Shown here: positions 8,999 through 19,041 of the stretch, in pieces | Position numbering within the stretch: position 1 is the first letter of the stretch | How the letters are laid out: the number at the start of each line of letters is the position of its first letter | Position numbers and translations under genes: made by a program | Notes under the pieces: generated by a model | Seen by the model: only the letters and a program-made list of their open reading frames with translations | What the model was told of the DNA's origin: nothing | The model's database searches: none | NCBI RefSeq assembly: GCF_000085865.1 | Contig: NC_013511.1 | Location: 270,516-294,515, forward strand | Direction of reading: 5' to 3' | Source of the DNA: Metamycoplasma hominis ATCC 23114 | GTDB taxonomy: Bacteria > Bacillota_I > Bacilli_A > Mycoplasmatales > Metamycoplasmataceae | Length of the DNA: 24,000 nt

Positions 8999-9033
8999 TC
9001 CCACATCCTCCCACTATCAACTTAATTCTAACA
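8990..9033 (-). promoter_or_regulatory. Putative mraZ promoter (-10 with TG extension, TGTTAGAAT) followed by GTGGG direct repeats at 10-bp spacing (candidate MraZ operator)
   Basis: The minus strand reads TGTTAGAATTAAGTTGATAGTGGGAGGATGTGGGAATGTTTGGT. GTGGG occurs at 9014-9010 and 9004-9000, and a degenerate TTGGT at 8994-8990. The -10 hexamer is at 9030-9025. Confidence 0.3.
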
Positions 9034-9187
9034 TATAAATCAAGTATTTTTTAATTTTTTATAAATAAAAATAAAAAAGAAGGCAAAAAAGCATTAGCCC
9101 TCTTGCAATAGACCATAGTAATTATTTTTTTAATTGTTTTATTAAAAAATAAATAACTGTATAAGTTTTTTGTTAAAATTAAAATAT

Positions 9188-9263
9188 GCTAGTTTAGCTC
9201 AGTTGGTAGAGCAATTGATTCGTAATCAATGGGTCGGGGGTTCGATCCCTCTAACTAGCACCA
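9188..9263 (+). tRNA. tRNA-Thr (anticodon CGT), CCA encoded
   Basis: The 76-nt cloverleaf was folded by hand. The acceptor is gctagtt/aactagc, the anticodon arm is attga-ttCGTaa-tcaat, and the T-loop is ttcgatc. Confidence 0.9.
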
Positions 9264-9353
9264 AATGCACAAAGTAAGCGCCAAAAATAAAAAATAAAAA
9301 ATTTATTAAAAAATTAATTTTTTTTAGTTATAATAATTAAGCATTTATTAAGT

Positions 9354-9428
9354 GCCGACTTAGCTCAGCGGTAGAGCAGCTGGCTGTTAACCAGTTTGTC
9401 GTTGGTTCAATCCCAATAGTCGGCGCCA
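9354..9428 (+). tRNA. tRNA-Asn (anticodon GTT), CCA encoded
   Basis: 75 nt. The acceptor is gccgact/agtcggc, the anticodon loop is ctGTTaa, and the T-loop is ttcaatc. Confidence 0.9.
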
Positions 9429-9432
9429 TTAT

Positions 9433-9508
9433 GGCCCTATGGTGAAGCGGTTAACACATATGGTTTTCATCCATACATTCGTGGGTTCAAGTCCCGCTAG
9501 GGTCACCA
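9433..9508 (+). tRNA. tRNA-Glu (anticodon TTC), CCA encoded
   Basis: 76 nt. The acceptor is ggcccta/tagggtc, the anticodon arm is tatgg-ttTTCat-ccata, and the T-loop is ttcaagt. Confidence 0.9.
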
Positions 9509-9510
9509 TT

Positions 9511-9586
9511 GGAGAATTAGCTCAGCTGGGAGAGCATTGCCCTTACAAGGCAAGGGTCGTGGGTTCGAGCCCCTCATTCTCCACCA
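9511..9586 (+). tRNA. tRNA-Val (anticodon TAC), CCA encoded
   Basis: 76 nt. The acceptor is ggagaat/attctcc, the anticodon arm is ttgcc-ctTACaa-ggcaa, and the T-loop is ttcgagc. Confidence 0.9.
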
Positions 9587-9604
9587 TTTGTTTAAATACA
9601 CCGC

Positions 9605-9627
9605 AAAAAAGGCCAACCGGCCTTTTT
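9605..9627 (+). terminator. Rho-independent terminator of the tRNA cluster
   Basis: In aaaaaggcc-aacc-ggccttttt the stem is 9 bp with a GGCC core and a 4-nt loop, followed by a T-run. Confidence 0.75.
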
Positions 9628-9666
9628 ATTTTTCATTTAGATTTAAATTAAATGTAATTTTTATAT

Positions 9667-9701
9667 AAAAAACTCGTAACCTTTTTGATTACGAGTTTTT
9701 T
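9667..9701 (-). terminator. Terminator after the ABC exporter operon (bidirectional shape)
   Basis: The stem is actcgtaa (9672-9679) paired with ttacgagt (9689-9696), 8 bp, flanked by A- and T-runs. It lies 12 nt beyond the TAA at 9713. Confidence 0.7.
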
Positions 9702-9712
9702 ATATCTAGTTT

Positions 9713-11536
9713 TTAATCATCAAATTGTGAGTAATATAACCTTGCATATTTTTTATTTAATTCTAGCAATTGCTTATGTGTTCCTTGTTCAATAATACGA
9801 CCATCATCCACAACTAAGATTAAATCAGCATTTTTAATCGTGCTTAGACGGTGAGCAATAACTATTGATGTTTTACCAACCATGATATTTTCTTTTAATG
9901 CTTGTTGAATTATTTTTTCTGTATTAGAATCCACGTTCGATGTTGCTTCATCTAGTATTAAGATTTTTTTGTTTCCTAATATTGCTCTAGCTATTGAAAG
10001 AAGTTGTTTTTCTCCTTTAGATAATATTGAAGTGCTATTATCAATTATAGTATCATATCCATGTTCTAACTTTTCAATAATATGATGAGCAGATGCTAAT
10101 TTTGCTGCCCTTATTACATCTTCTTTGGTTGCTTTTGGATTTCCTACTAAAAGGTTATTTAAAATACTTTCATTAAACATAAAGCTATCTTGTAAAACAA
10201 CTGCCGTAAAATCTCTTAAACTATCTTTTGAAATTTCTCTTAACTCTATTCCATCTATCTTTATTGAACCTTTTTCATAATCATAAAAACGATTCAATAA
10301 ATTTATAATAGTAGTTTTACCTGCTCCAGTTTCTCCAACTAAAGCAATAGTTTGTCCTGCTTTTGCATTAAATGAAGCATCTGTTAGTTGATATTTAGGC
10401 GAATTTTCATTATATCTAAAATATACATGATCAAATGTTATATTTCCAACAGGATTTTCTATCACAATTCCCTTTGAGTGGTTTTTTATGTGTGTGCTTG
10501 GTAAACTCAAAAGTGTATTAACCCTAACGGCAGATGCAATACCAATTCTAGCATAAACTAATATAGTAAGCATTGATTGAAGTGTTGATAAAAAACTATA
10601 TATAAGTGTTAAATAACTTATTAAAAATCCATGTTCTGCATTTGTATTAAAAAGCCCATAAACATGAATATTATTTCCCTTTAATACAAGTGTTACAGTA
10701 ACTATTAATATAACCAAAATATTGTTAGTAAAAACTATTCAAGGATTAATTATTTGGTTATTAAGATCTCCGGTGAAGGCTGTGTTAAATATGTTTCTTG
10801 CTATTTGTTTACCATGATTATTAACTTGTTCTTGTTGTTCAAAAGTTTTAATAATTTTAGAATTAGTTAGCATTTCTTCAACAAAAGCGTTTAATTCCCC
10901 AAAATGTTTTCTGGTTTGAATAAATGCTTTTTGAGCTTTTTTAGTAATTAATATCCCTATAAATGAAAATAAGAATAGAACAGGTAAAACAACAGCAGAT
11001 AAAACCAGACTAACCATTGATAAAAATATTACAGATAAAATAACATTTATAGCACATTGGATTAATTCATTTAATAGTTTAAATATTGTTTCAGATAAAC
11101 TATTAATATCATTTACTAAAATAGAAATAATATTACCTGATTTTTGATTATCAAAATACGAAACAGGAATATATAAAAGATTTTTCATGGCGGTTTTTCT
11201 TATATTCTCGCAAACTGAAAAAGTTATTTTTACAAAAAATACCCCTGAAACATATCTAAAAATTCCATACAATATAAACGATATAACCAAACATGAAGCC
11301 ATACCTATAAATAATTTTAAATTAAAAGGTGTTTTATGATCTAATACATCTTTTGTTAAACATATTGTAAAAATATATCCAATTAAAAATGAACCTATTG
11401 CATAAAAAATTGCATGAAAAAATGAAAACAAAACAGCCAATCAAAATTTTGTTTTTGATTCACCTGAATATTTAAAAACTAATTTAAACAAAGTAATAAA
11501 TGAAAGTTTTTGCTTTTCTTTAGTTCTTTTTTTCAT
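9713..11536 (-). CDS. ABC exporter half-transporter (TMD-NBD fusion, 607 aa) with a canonical catalytic NBD and a deviant signature motif
   Basis: Fragments 9713-10717 and 10739-11440 are in frame, joined by TGA at 10739-10741 and 11441-11443. The ATG at 11536 is preceded by GGAGG. Motifs are Walker A GETGAGKTT, Walker B ILILDEATS, H-loop IAHRLST and signature LSKGEKQ. Confidence 0.9.
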
Positions 11537-11550
11537 CACTGCCTCCTTTT

Positions 11551-13335
11551 CTATTGGCTTAATTGGTTATTGTATGATTCATTATAATATGAACATGATT
11601 TCATTAATTCTTCATGATTTCCTTTATCCAACATATTTCCATCAGATAAAACAATAATTTCATCAGCATTTTTTATTAATGGCAATTTTTGGCTAATTAT
11701 TATAGTTGAACATGAATATTTATTTTTTATATTTTGTAAAACTTGGTGTGCAGTAATATTATCTAAAGCACTAGTTGAGTTATCTAATATTAAAATTTTT
11801 GGTTTAGTTAATAAAGTTCTTGCAATTGAAAGACGTTGTTTTTGGCCACCTGAAAGGTTTGTTGCCCCTTGAGTAATGACATGATCTAAATTTTCTTCAA
11901 ATTTATAAACAAAATCATATGCACAAGCGTCACGTAATGCTTGATTTATTTCTTCATCTGTTGCATCATTTTTAGCAAAAAGCATATTTTCTTTTATTGT
12001 TCCTGTATTTAATAGGGCATCTTGGTAAACAATTCCGATTGTTTCATGTAAATTTTTTGTATTAACTTCTTTAATTTCATTATCCCCAATTAAAATCGAT
12101 CCTTCATTATATAGATAGTTATTAACCAATAAATTTGCAAGTATGCTTTTACCACTACCAGTAGGACCAACCAATCCAAGAGTTTTTCCAAACGGTAGGC
12201 TAAAACTTATATTGTGCAAAGTATAATTTGAATTTGAAGAATAATATTTAAAGCTTAAATTTTCAACTTTTAAATCGAAGTTTTTTGTTATTTTTTTGCC
12301 ATTTGATACATAAATTTTATCTTCGTTAGTATTTAATACTTCTATAACTCTAGTAGCAGAAATTTTTCCTTTTACAAATGCTGAAATAAATACTGCCCCC
12401 AATATAACGCCAAACGTTACATAAAATGAATAGTCAATAAAAATATTAAATCTTACAATTGTATCATATGTTGCTACATTGGAAATAACATCATGAACAA
12501 CTAATGAATAAAGCACCACAACAAATAAATTGAATATTCCAAAGAATAAAGGAGCAATTCCTACAAAAATGCTACCAGCATTAACATTAAAATTCTTTCA
12601 TGTTTTATTTATTTTTGCAAACTTTTCTTCTCTATTTTTATATAAATCATATATTTTTATTAAACGAGATCCTAATATATTTTCATCAACTTGCTTAGTT
12701 ATTTCTTCAACGGCTAATTGAGCCTTTTTAATTGAAGGACTTGCTTTTTTTGCCATAATAGAAACTATTGTTAAAATTATTGGAACTAACAAAATTAATC
12801 CTATTGCCATTTTTACGTTATTCATGACGGCTAAAATACATCCACCAATTATCATTGAAATAGCCCTTGTTAAGACGTTTGTAGCACTTATTAAAAATTC
12901 TCAGAAAACCGCAATATCATCACTCACCCTAGTAATTAATGATTCGGGTTTCAAATCAGATATATTTTTCAAACTTAATGTATTTAATTTTCTAATGAAG
13001 TTTTCTCTAATATATCTACTACTTCTTTCTGCTGCATATACAATTAAGCTAGTGCAGCCAAATGTTAAAGACATTGAAATTATAGTTAAAACTATTATAG
13101 AATAAATCATATAATTACGAGCATTAATAGCGTTATTAAATGTAAAGTTTATTAATCCATTAAAAAAACTTAAATCTACTTGACTATTTTTATTTTCAAT
13201 AAAAAGCAATCTAATGAATTGAGAAATCAATGTAGGAGTAATCAATTCAAATATAACTGAAATTAAAGAAATAAAGCTTCCTATAATAAACAATATTTTA
13301 ATTTTTCATGGTAAAAATTTAATAAGTTTCAACAT
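11551..13335 (-). CDS. ABC exporter half-transporter (TMD-NBD fusion, 594 aa) with degenerate Walker B and H-loop
   Basis: Fragments 11551-12519, 12598-12855 and 12901-13293 are all in one frame, joined by TGA codons. The ATG at 13335 is preceded by GGAG, and the stop is TAG at 11553-11551. Motifs are Walker A GPTGSGKS, signature LSGGQKQ, Walker B ILILDNSTS (Glu replaced by Asn) and H-loop position IISQKL (His replaced by Gln). Confidence 0.9.
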
Positions 13336-13435
13336 AATTTCTCCTTCTTTTAAATGTTTTTTATTGCCACTTTCAAGACTAATTAATAAATTATAATGAA
13401 ACATAAAAAAAAGTAATAATTTAATGCAAAAAACA

Positions 13436-13466
13436 CGAAAAAAAAGCGATTTTTCGCCTTTTTTTG
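13436..13466 (-). terminator. Intrinsic terminator between the lipoprotein locus and the ABC operon
   Basis: The minus strand reads A-run, GGCGA-AAAA-TCGCT, then T8. The stem is only 5 bp and includes one G-U pair. Confidence 0.5.
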
Positions 13467-13472
13467 TTTAAT

Positions 13473-14009
13473 TTATTTTTTTAAACTAATTTTATTTATA
13501 AATTCAACTTCTATTCCATTTCATTTAGCAGTGATTGTATATTTTATATATTCTTTACCTTTGTTTGTATGTTTTTTAACTGAGATTTTTTCAAATGTTA
13601 ATTCTTCTGGTAATTTGTATTCAAATTTAGAAATATCATCTTTAATTGCTTCATCAACTGTTTTTTTATCGCCAATGTATTTTACAGTTACTAATTTTCC
13701 AAAATGTTCTTTTAAAACTATTTTTTGCATAAAGTTTTTATCTTCATTTATCTTTTCATTAACATTGACACGTTTAGATGACATATTGCTAAAATCATTA
13801 TTTTGAAAATCTTGAATAGAAACTATAGAAACTCTAATTGATTTTACTTTATTATTTTCTATTTTAGGAAATGAAAAGATATAAACATTTTGTAAATTAA
13901 CCATATGTTTTGTATATTCAAACGCAAACATTGAATGTTTTAATTTTAATGTTGTTTTATCATAATCAAAATTTTGAACAGAAATGTAATTATCACCTTT
14001 TTCAATCAT
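13473..14009 (-). CDS. Hypothetical protein (178 aa from ATG 14009; a TTG at 14021 is also possible) with no signal peptide; possibly the frameshifted C-terminal part of the upstream lipoprotein
   Basis: The track ORF 13521-14021 reads through TGA at 13521-13523 to TAA at 13475-13473. It overlaps the end of the upstream gene (13990) by 20-32 nt in a different frame. No GGAG-type RBS precedes it. Confidence 0.55.
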
Positions 14010-15744
14010 TTCTTTTTTCAATGTCTTTGCTTAAAAGACTAATATTTTTCAATTTTTCTACAAACATAAATGTTGAAATATTTTTAACTTCATCGTTAGA
14101 TAATTTATCTTTGTTTTCTTTGAAATATTTCAAGAATGCATCTTTATTTAATTCTTTTACATCTTGGTCTTCAATAGTTGATGTTGGGGCTTGTTGGTCA
14201 TCTATTTCAGTTTCATTATTTTGTTTTCTAATCTTATTATATTCATCAACACCCAATTTACTTAAATCAATTTCAACAAATTTTGATTTCTTAGTACTAT
14301 TTTCATAATCTTTAAATGAAACAGTAAGATTAATCAAACACTTATCGCCTTCAAATTTTAATTCGCCTAATGTGTAATTAATTTCACTGTTTTTATTATT
14401 AATTCAGTATGATTTATTTTCTAATTTGTCAATAGATTTCTTTGAAATGTAATATTTGTCTTTACTATAAAATGGATAAATTGACGTTTCTAAAGCTTTG
14501 TTTAAAAGTTCATCTTGTTTTTCAAATGATAGCAATGCAATATTATCTAAACCGTTTGCAAATTTATCTAATTTAACTTCAATAGTTTTAGATTCACTTA
14601 TTTCTTTATTTAAAAGACTTGACAAAGTTAAAGTCAATGTTATTTTTTTATCTTCAACTTTTAAATTACTTAATGCTACTGAATATGAGGCTTGGTCGTA
14701 GCCTTGAACTGCAAAATTTGGCTTTTTATCAAAATTGTTTATTTGTTTATTTTTTAAAATATCTTGATATGACTTGGCATTTGCAACTAAAACATTTGTT
14801 TTTTCAATTTGATCTTTTAGTTCTTTTCTTGCCTTATCTATTTTTTCTTGCAATTCTGGAGTTAATTTAAAACCTTTGATTTCATAAATATATTTTTGAC
14901 TTGAGATTTGTTTATTTTTATATGATAAATAGTAAAGAATTGACAAGTCATATGTTCCATCTTCTCCTGTATTTTTAGTAATCTTTAATGAATCTTTAAC
15001 AATTGAAAAGTTTTCTTTAATAGTTTTTAAAAATACTTTTGATGTGTCCGCGTCTTTTATGTATGTTTCTTGTTTGTTAGGATAGTCAAAGACTAGATTT
15101 TTTGAAACTTCTTTAAAATCTTCTTCTGAAACTTGATCTAATCCAGAATCTAAGTTTCCCAAATTACTTTCATAAACCTTGTTTGAAATAATATGTTTAC
15201 CATTTTGTTTAAAAATTGCAACTTTATATTTCAAAATAAAGTTTCCTTTTTCATCTTTTGTTAATAATAATTTAGAGTTTAACTTGTCTCCACTTCTAAG
15301 AGGTTTTTCAGGATTTACCAATTGAACAGATACGCCTGATTTAGAATTTCATTTAGCAATAGCAAATTCTTGATTTTTAAAATCATATGCCCCTTCAAAA
15401 GCCATGATATTTTTGTTATTTCTTTCAAAAAGAATTTTGTATTTGTCTAGATTATTTAAAACCTTTTTAATAAATTCTAGATTTTCAGCATTTCATGTTA
15501 TTTTTGAAATTGATTCTTCACCATATTTATCAGCATCATTTTTATTTGTTTCTTCTTCATGACTTGGATCTTCTGGTTTAACTTCAGGTGTTGTTCCTGG
15601 CTTTTCACCTTCTGGTTTCTTAGGTTCTTCTGGTTTAACTTCAGGTTTCTTTGTTTTTATGCAACCTGCTGCCACTAATGGTATTGCAAAAACCGAGGTT
15701 GCAACACTACCTAAGGCTAATAAAATTTTTGTATGTTTTTTCAT
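13990..15744 (-). CDS. Surface lipoprotein of unknown function (584 aa)
   Basis: The N-terminus is MKKHTKILLALGSVATSVFAIPLVAAGC|IKT (signal peptide plus lipobox), followed by the linker KPEVKPEEPKKPEGEKPGTTPEVKPEDP. Fragments 15493-15744, 14404-15321 and 14002-14337 are in frame, joined by TGA codons. TAA lies at 13992-13990. Confidence 0.8.
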
Positions 15745-15990
15745 TTTTTATATTTCTTTTCCCTTTTTCTTAAATTAATAATTTAAAAATTTATCACACG
15801 AATAAAGGCTCAAGTTCAAATGACTGGTTTTTTCTTTAAAAAAGAAAAATAAATAACCGTTTGGTTATTTTTTATTTAAAGATAATGTTTTTAAAAGAAA
15901 TAAAAAAATAATAAATTACAAAAATTGTTACATTGATTTTTTGATTTAGCAAATATTATAATGTGTTTTTTTAGCCTATAAAAATATTTA

Positions 15991-16018
15991 AAAAACTAGC
16001 ATTTTAAGCTAGTTTTTT
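15991..16018 (-). terminator. Terminator downstream of the minus-strand tRNA cluster
   Basis: The stem is actagc (15995-16000) paired with gctagt (16008-16013) with a 7-nt loop, flanked by A5 and T5 runs. Confidence 0.6.
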
Positions 16019-16022
16019 AATA

Positions 16023-16098
16023 TGGTACATCCTGTGGGGCTCGAACCCACGACCCAGGGATTAAGAGTCCCTTGCTCTGCCAACTGAGCTAAGGATGC
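16023..16098 (-). tRNA. tRNA-Lys (anticodon CTT), CCA encoded
   Basis: The reverse complement folds with acceptor gcatcct/aggatgt (G1-U72 wobble), anticodon arm aggga-ctCTTaa-tccct and T-arm gtggg-ttcgagc-cccac. Confidence 0.88.
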
Positions 16099-16198
16099 GT
16101 GTTTTTGCGTTATTTATTATAACATAACTAAAACATTTTTTTAAAATTAAACAAATAAAAAGTAGCGTTTGCTACTTTTTTGTTACAACTTGATGATA

Positions 16199-16283
16199 TG
16201 GTACGCGAGGAGGGACTTGAACCCTCACGCCGCAAAGCATTAGTGCCTAAAACTAACGTGTCTGCCAATTTCACCACTCGCGC
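16199..16283 (-). tRNA. tRNA-Leu (anticodon TAG), long variable arm, CCA encoded
   Basis: 85 nt. The acceptor is gcgcgag/ctcgcgt, the anticodon arm is ttagt-ttTAGgc-actaa, the variable arm is tgctttgcggcgt, and the T-arm is gaggg-ttcaagt-ccctc. Confidence 0.88.
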
Positions 16284-16286
16284 ATA

Positions 16287-16362
16287 TGGTGCCGTTTATA
16301 GGACTTGAACCTACGACCTACTGATTACAAGTCAGTTGCTCTGCCAACTGAGCTAAAACGGC
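16287..16362 (-). tRNA. tRNA-Thr (anticodon TGT), CCA encoded
   Basis: 76 nt. The acceptor is gccgttt/aaacggc, the anticodon arm is actga-ctTGTaa-tcagt, and the T-loop is ttcaagt. Confidence 0.9.
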
Positions 16363-16570
16363 TTTTGTAAATGCTTTATTATTATATAAGGAAATTTTAA
16401 AAAATTTTACATTTTTATTCAAATTTAAAATTTTAATTATTCATAATATCTTAAAATAAATGTTGAAATATTATTTTTTACTATTACTATATGATTTTTT
16501 TATTAACTTTAATTTTTAAAGATAATAAATTAATATTTTTAATGTATGATTACATGGCAAGGACAAAATT

Positions 16571-17434
16571 ATGTTTTATAAGTTATATAAAAAAAGAGGC
16601 CAATCAAGTTTTTTTGCAATAAAAAAATTTGCAAAAAATAATAATATCAATAAAGTTGGACATTGTGGAACATTAGATCCCGAGGCTGAAGGTCTTTTAA
16701 TCGTAGCAACAGATGAAGATACAAAGGCCTTGTCTTTAATTGAAAATCAAAACAAGGAATACTATGTGGAAGCGAAATTCCATTACTCTTCAGATAGTTT
16801 TGATTTAGGAACATATGTAACTAAAATACAAAATTTTCAAATAATAACTAAATCTCAAATTATACAAGCACTAGAAATATTAAAAAAACAAACAAAACAA
16901 GTACCACCAATTTATAGTGCAAAAAAAATTAATGGAACAAGAGCATACAAACTTGCTAGAGATAATAAAGAATTTAGTTTAAAAGCCAATGATATAAAAA
17001 TAAATAATTTAGAATTAATTGAATTTAATGAAGTGAATCAATCAATCATCATTAAGGTCAATGTTTCAAAAGGCACATATATTAGATCATTGATTCATGA
17101 TTTAGCTAATATATGTAACACAGATGCAGTAGTAGTTGTTTTAAAGCGAATTAAAATTGGCAATATATGTTTAAATGGTCAAGAAGAATTTGAAAAAATT
17201 ACAAACTTAAACGAACTTTTTAATGTAAAATTATTTAAGCTAACCAAAAATGATATTCAAATATTAGCAAACCAAAATTCAAATAGTTGCTACTTTGAAT
17301 CATTGAAAAATTTTTGCGGAAACATTATTTTTATTTACTTGAATAACATAGTAGGATGAGGAAAATCAGAATTTGGAAATGTAACTATTTTCAAGCGATT
17401 TTTTAAACGCCTTACGATGTTAATTTCTAGCTAG
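16571..17434 (+). CDS. truB: tRNA pseudouridine(55) synthase TruB (287 aa)
   Basis: The catalytic motif is KVGHCGTLDPEAEGLL. The track ORF ends at TGA (17357-17359). Read-through continues to TAG at 17432-17434, which overlaps the RBS of the next gene. Confidence 0.9.
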
Positions 17435-17442
17435 GAGTAAAC

Positions 17443-18246
17443 ATGACAAAATACAAAATGATAGTATTTGATATTGATGGAACATTGTTGCCATTCGGAG
17501 TTACTCAATTAACACCTAGAATGCAAGAAATGTTTGAAAAATTAAAAGAACAAGGCTATGTAAATGTGTTGTGTTCTGGTCGTGATATTTTTACAGTGGG
17601 CGCCCAAATAGATAACCCTTATGTTGATTATTTTATAGGTGCAAATGGAACTTTTATTCTTGATTTAAGAACAAAAGAATATATTTTTGAAAAAACTATT
17701 AATTACAAAGATTTTGTTGAATTTAGAAAATATGCAAGCGAACATAAATTATCTTTTTCTTTTGTTGGAAACAAATGGGGATATTACAATGAATTATTTA
17801 ATATAGATCATTGATTTTACAGACCATATAAAGACAAATTTATTCCAGAAAAAGAATTCGAATCGCAACATGATAAAAATTATTTAATTACTATTTCAAC
17901 TCCAACACCATCTATAGTAGCAGCTGATTTAGAAAAATTCTTCAAAGAAAAAAATCTTGATTTATGAATTCTAGCTCAATGAAATGGTGGCATATTCATC
18001 TCTGCTAAAGGAATAACTAAGGCTGTAGGCTTAAAAATACTAGGAGATTTATTAAACATTTCTCTTGATGAAATGGTAGCATTTGGTGATTCAGAAAATG
18101 ATATTGAAATGCTTGAAAAAGTAGGATTAGGTATTGCTATGGGCAATGGAGAAGATGTTACTAAAGATGCTGCAAATGAAATTTGCTTGCCAGTTACTGA
18201 AGATGGTCCATATTGAAAATTAAGAGATAAAGGATTTTTTGACTAA
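17443..18246 (+). CDS. Cof-type HAD-IIB family phosphatase (267 aa)
   Basis: Motif I is IVFDIDGTLL and motif IV is FGDSENDIEML. Four in-frame TGA codons (17812, 17965, 17980, 18214) are read as Trp. The stop is TAA at 18244-18246, and AGGAG precedes the ATG. Confidence 0.88.
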
Positions 18247-18249
18247 TAA

Positions 18250-18275
18250 ATTTCAACCTTATGGTTGATTTTTAT
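18250..18275 (+). terminator. Rho-independent terminator after the HAD gene
   Basis: tcaacc (18253-18258), loop ttat, ggttga (18263-18268), followed by a T-run. Confidence 0.6.
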
Positions 18276-18315
18276 TTATTTTATTTTAAAATACTTATAT
18301 TAGGAAAAAAAACAC

Positions 18316-19041
18316 ATGGCAATTACAAGTACACAAGATCCAAAAATTCTAAAATATAAAAAATTACTTACTCCCAAAGGCAGACAAGAACAACAATTGT
18401 TTATTGTTGAAGGTTATCATTTAGTAAAAGAAGCAATCGAAGCAAATATAGTTATTGACATTTTAGAATTCAATGACATACTAACTTATAAAAACTCAAC
18501 TCAAGTAACTAGAGCAATTATTAAAACATTATCAACAACGCAAACACCTCAAAATATCATTGCAATTTGTAAAATACAAAATTTAAATATTAAAGCAAAT
18601 AAAATAATAGCCCTTAATAAATTACAAGATCCCGGAAATATTGGTACTATTTTTCGACTTGCTAAATCTTTTGGCTTTGATAGTGTTATAGTTGAAAATA
18701 TAGATATATACAATGAAAAGATAATTCGTTCATCACAAGGAGCAATGTTTTCACTAAACATTATTAAGACAAATGATTTAAGCAAAGAACTGTCAGCCTT
18801 TAAAAAAGATGATTTTTTAGTTTATAGTACAACATTAAATAAAAATTCAATTAAGCTCAATGACATTGATTTTAGAAATAAAAAAATTGTTATTGTTTTA
18901 GGGAATGAAGGAAATGGTATAGACGAAAAAATTATTGACTTAAGTGATTTTAATGTTTACGTTCCTATTGAATTTGAAAGTCTCAATGTTGCTTGCTGCG
19001 GCGCAATTATTATGAATAAAATTTATAATGGAGATAAATAA
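18316..19041 (+). CDS. SpoU/TrmH-family RNA 2'-O-methyltransferase (241 aa)
   Basis: Motifs are LQDPGNIGTIFRLA, LGNEGNGI and IPIEFESLNVACCGAII, the last being the SPOUT knot motif. The ORF is complete and ends in TAA. Confidence 0.85.
   Translation: MAITSTQDPKILKYKKLLTPKGRQEQQLFIVEGYHLVKEAIEANIVIDILEFNDILTYKNSTQVTRAIIKTLSTTQTPQNIIAICKIQNLNIKANKIIALNKLQDPGNIGTIFRLAKSFGFDSVIVENIDIYNEKIIRSSQGAMFSLNIIKTNDLSKELSAFKKDDFLVYSTTLNKNSIKLNDIDFRNKKIVIVLGNEGNGIDEKIIDLSDFNVYVPIEFESLNVACCGAIIMNKIYNGDK

Noticed and set aside
8999-9004. The track's GTG start for mraZ at 9004 (MGMFGKY…).
   Set aside because: That GTG lies only 2 nt from the GGAGG Shine-Dalgarno sequence. The ATG at 8998 has an 8-nt spacing and gives the MFGKY N-terminus. 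The difference is only two codons either way.
9439-9651. A 70-aa plus-strand ORF.
   Set aside because: It runs through tRNA-Glu, tRNA-Val and the terminator hairpin. It is an artefact of the relatively GC-rich tRNA sequence.
9188-16362. The ABC exporter and lipoprotein block is bracketed by two tRNA clusters, each containing a tRNA-Thr. This could suggest a tRNA-targeted genomic island.
   Set aside because: I saw no integrase, no direct repeat of a tRNA 3' end, no obvious compositional shift and no mobility genes. The two tRNA-Thr genes are different isoacceptors in opposite orientation.
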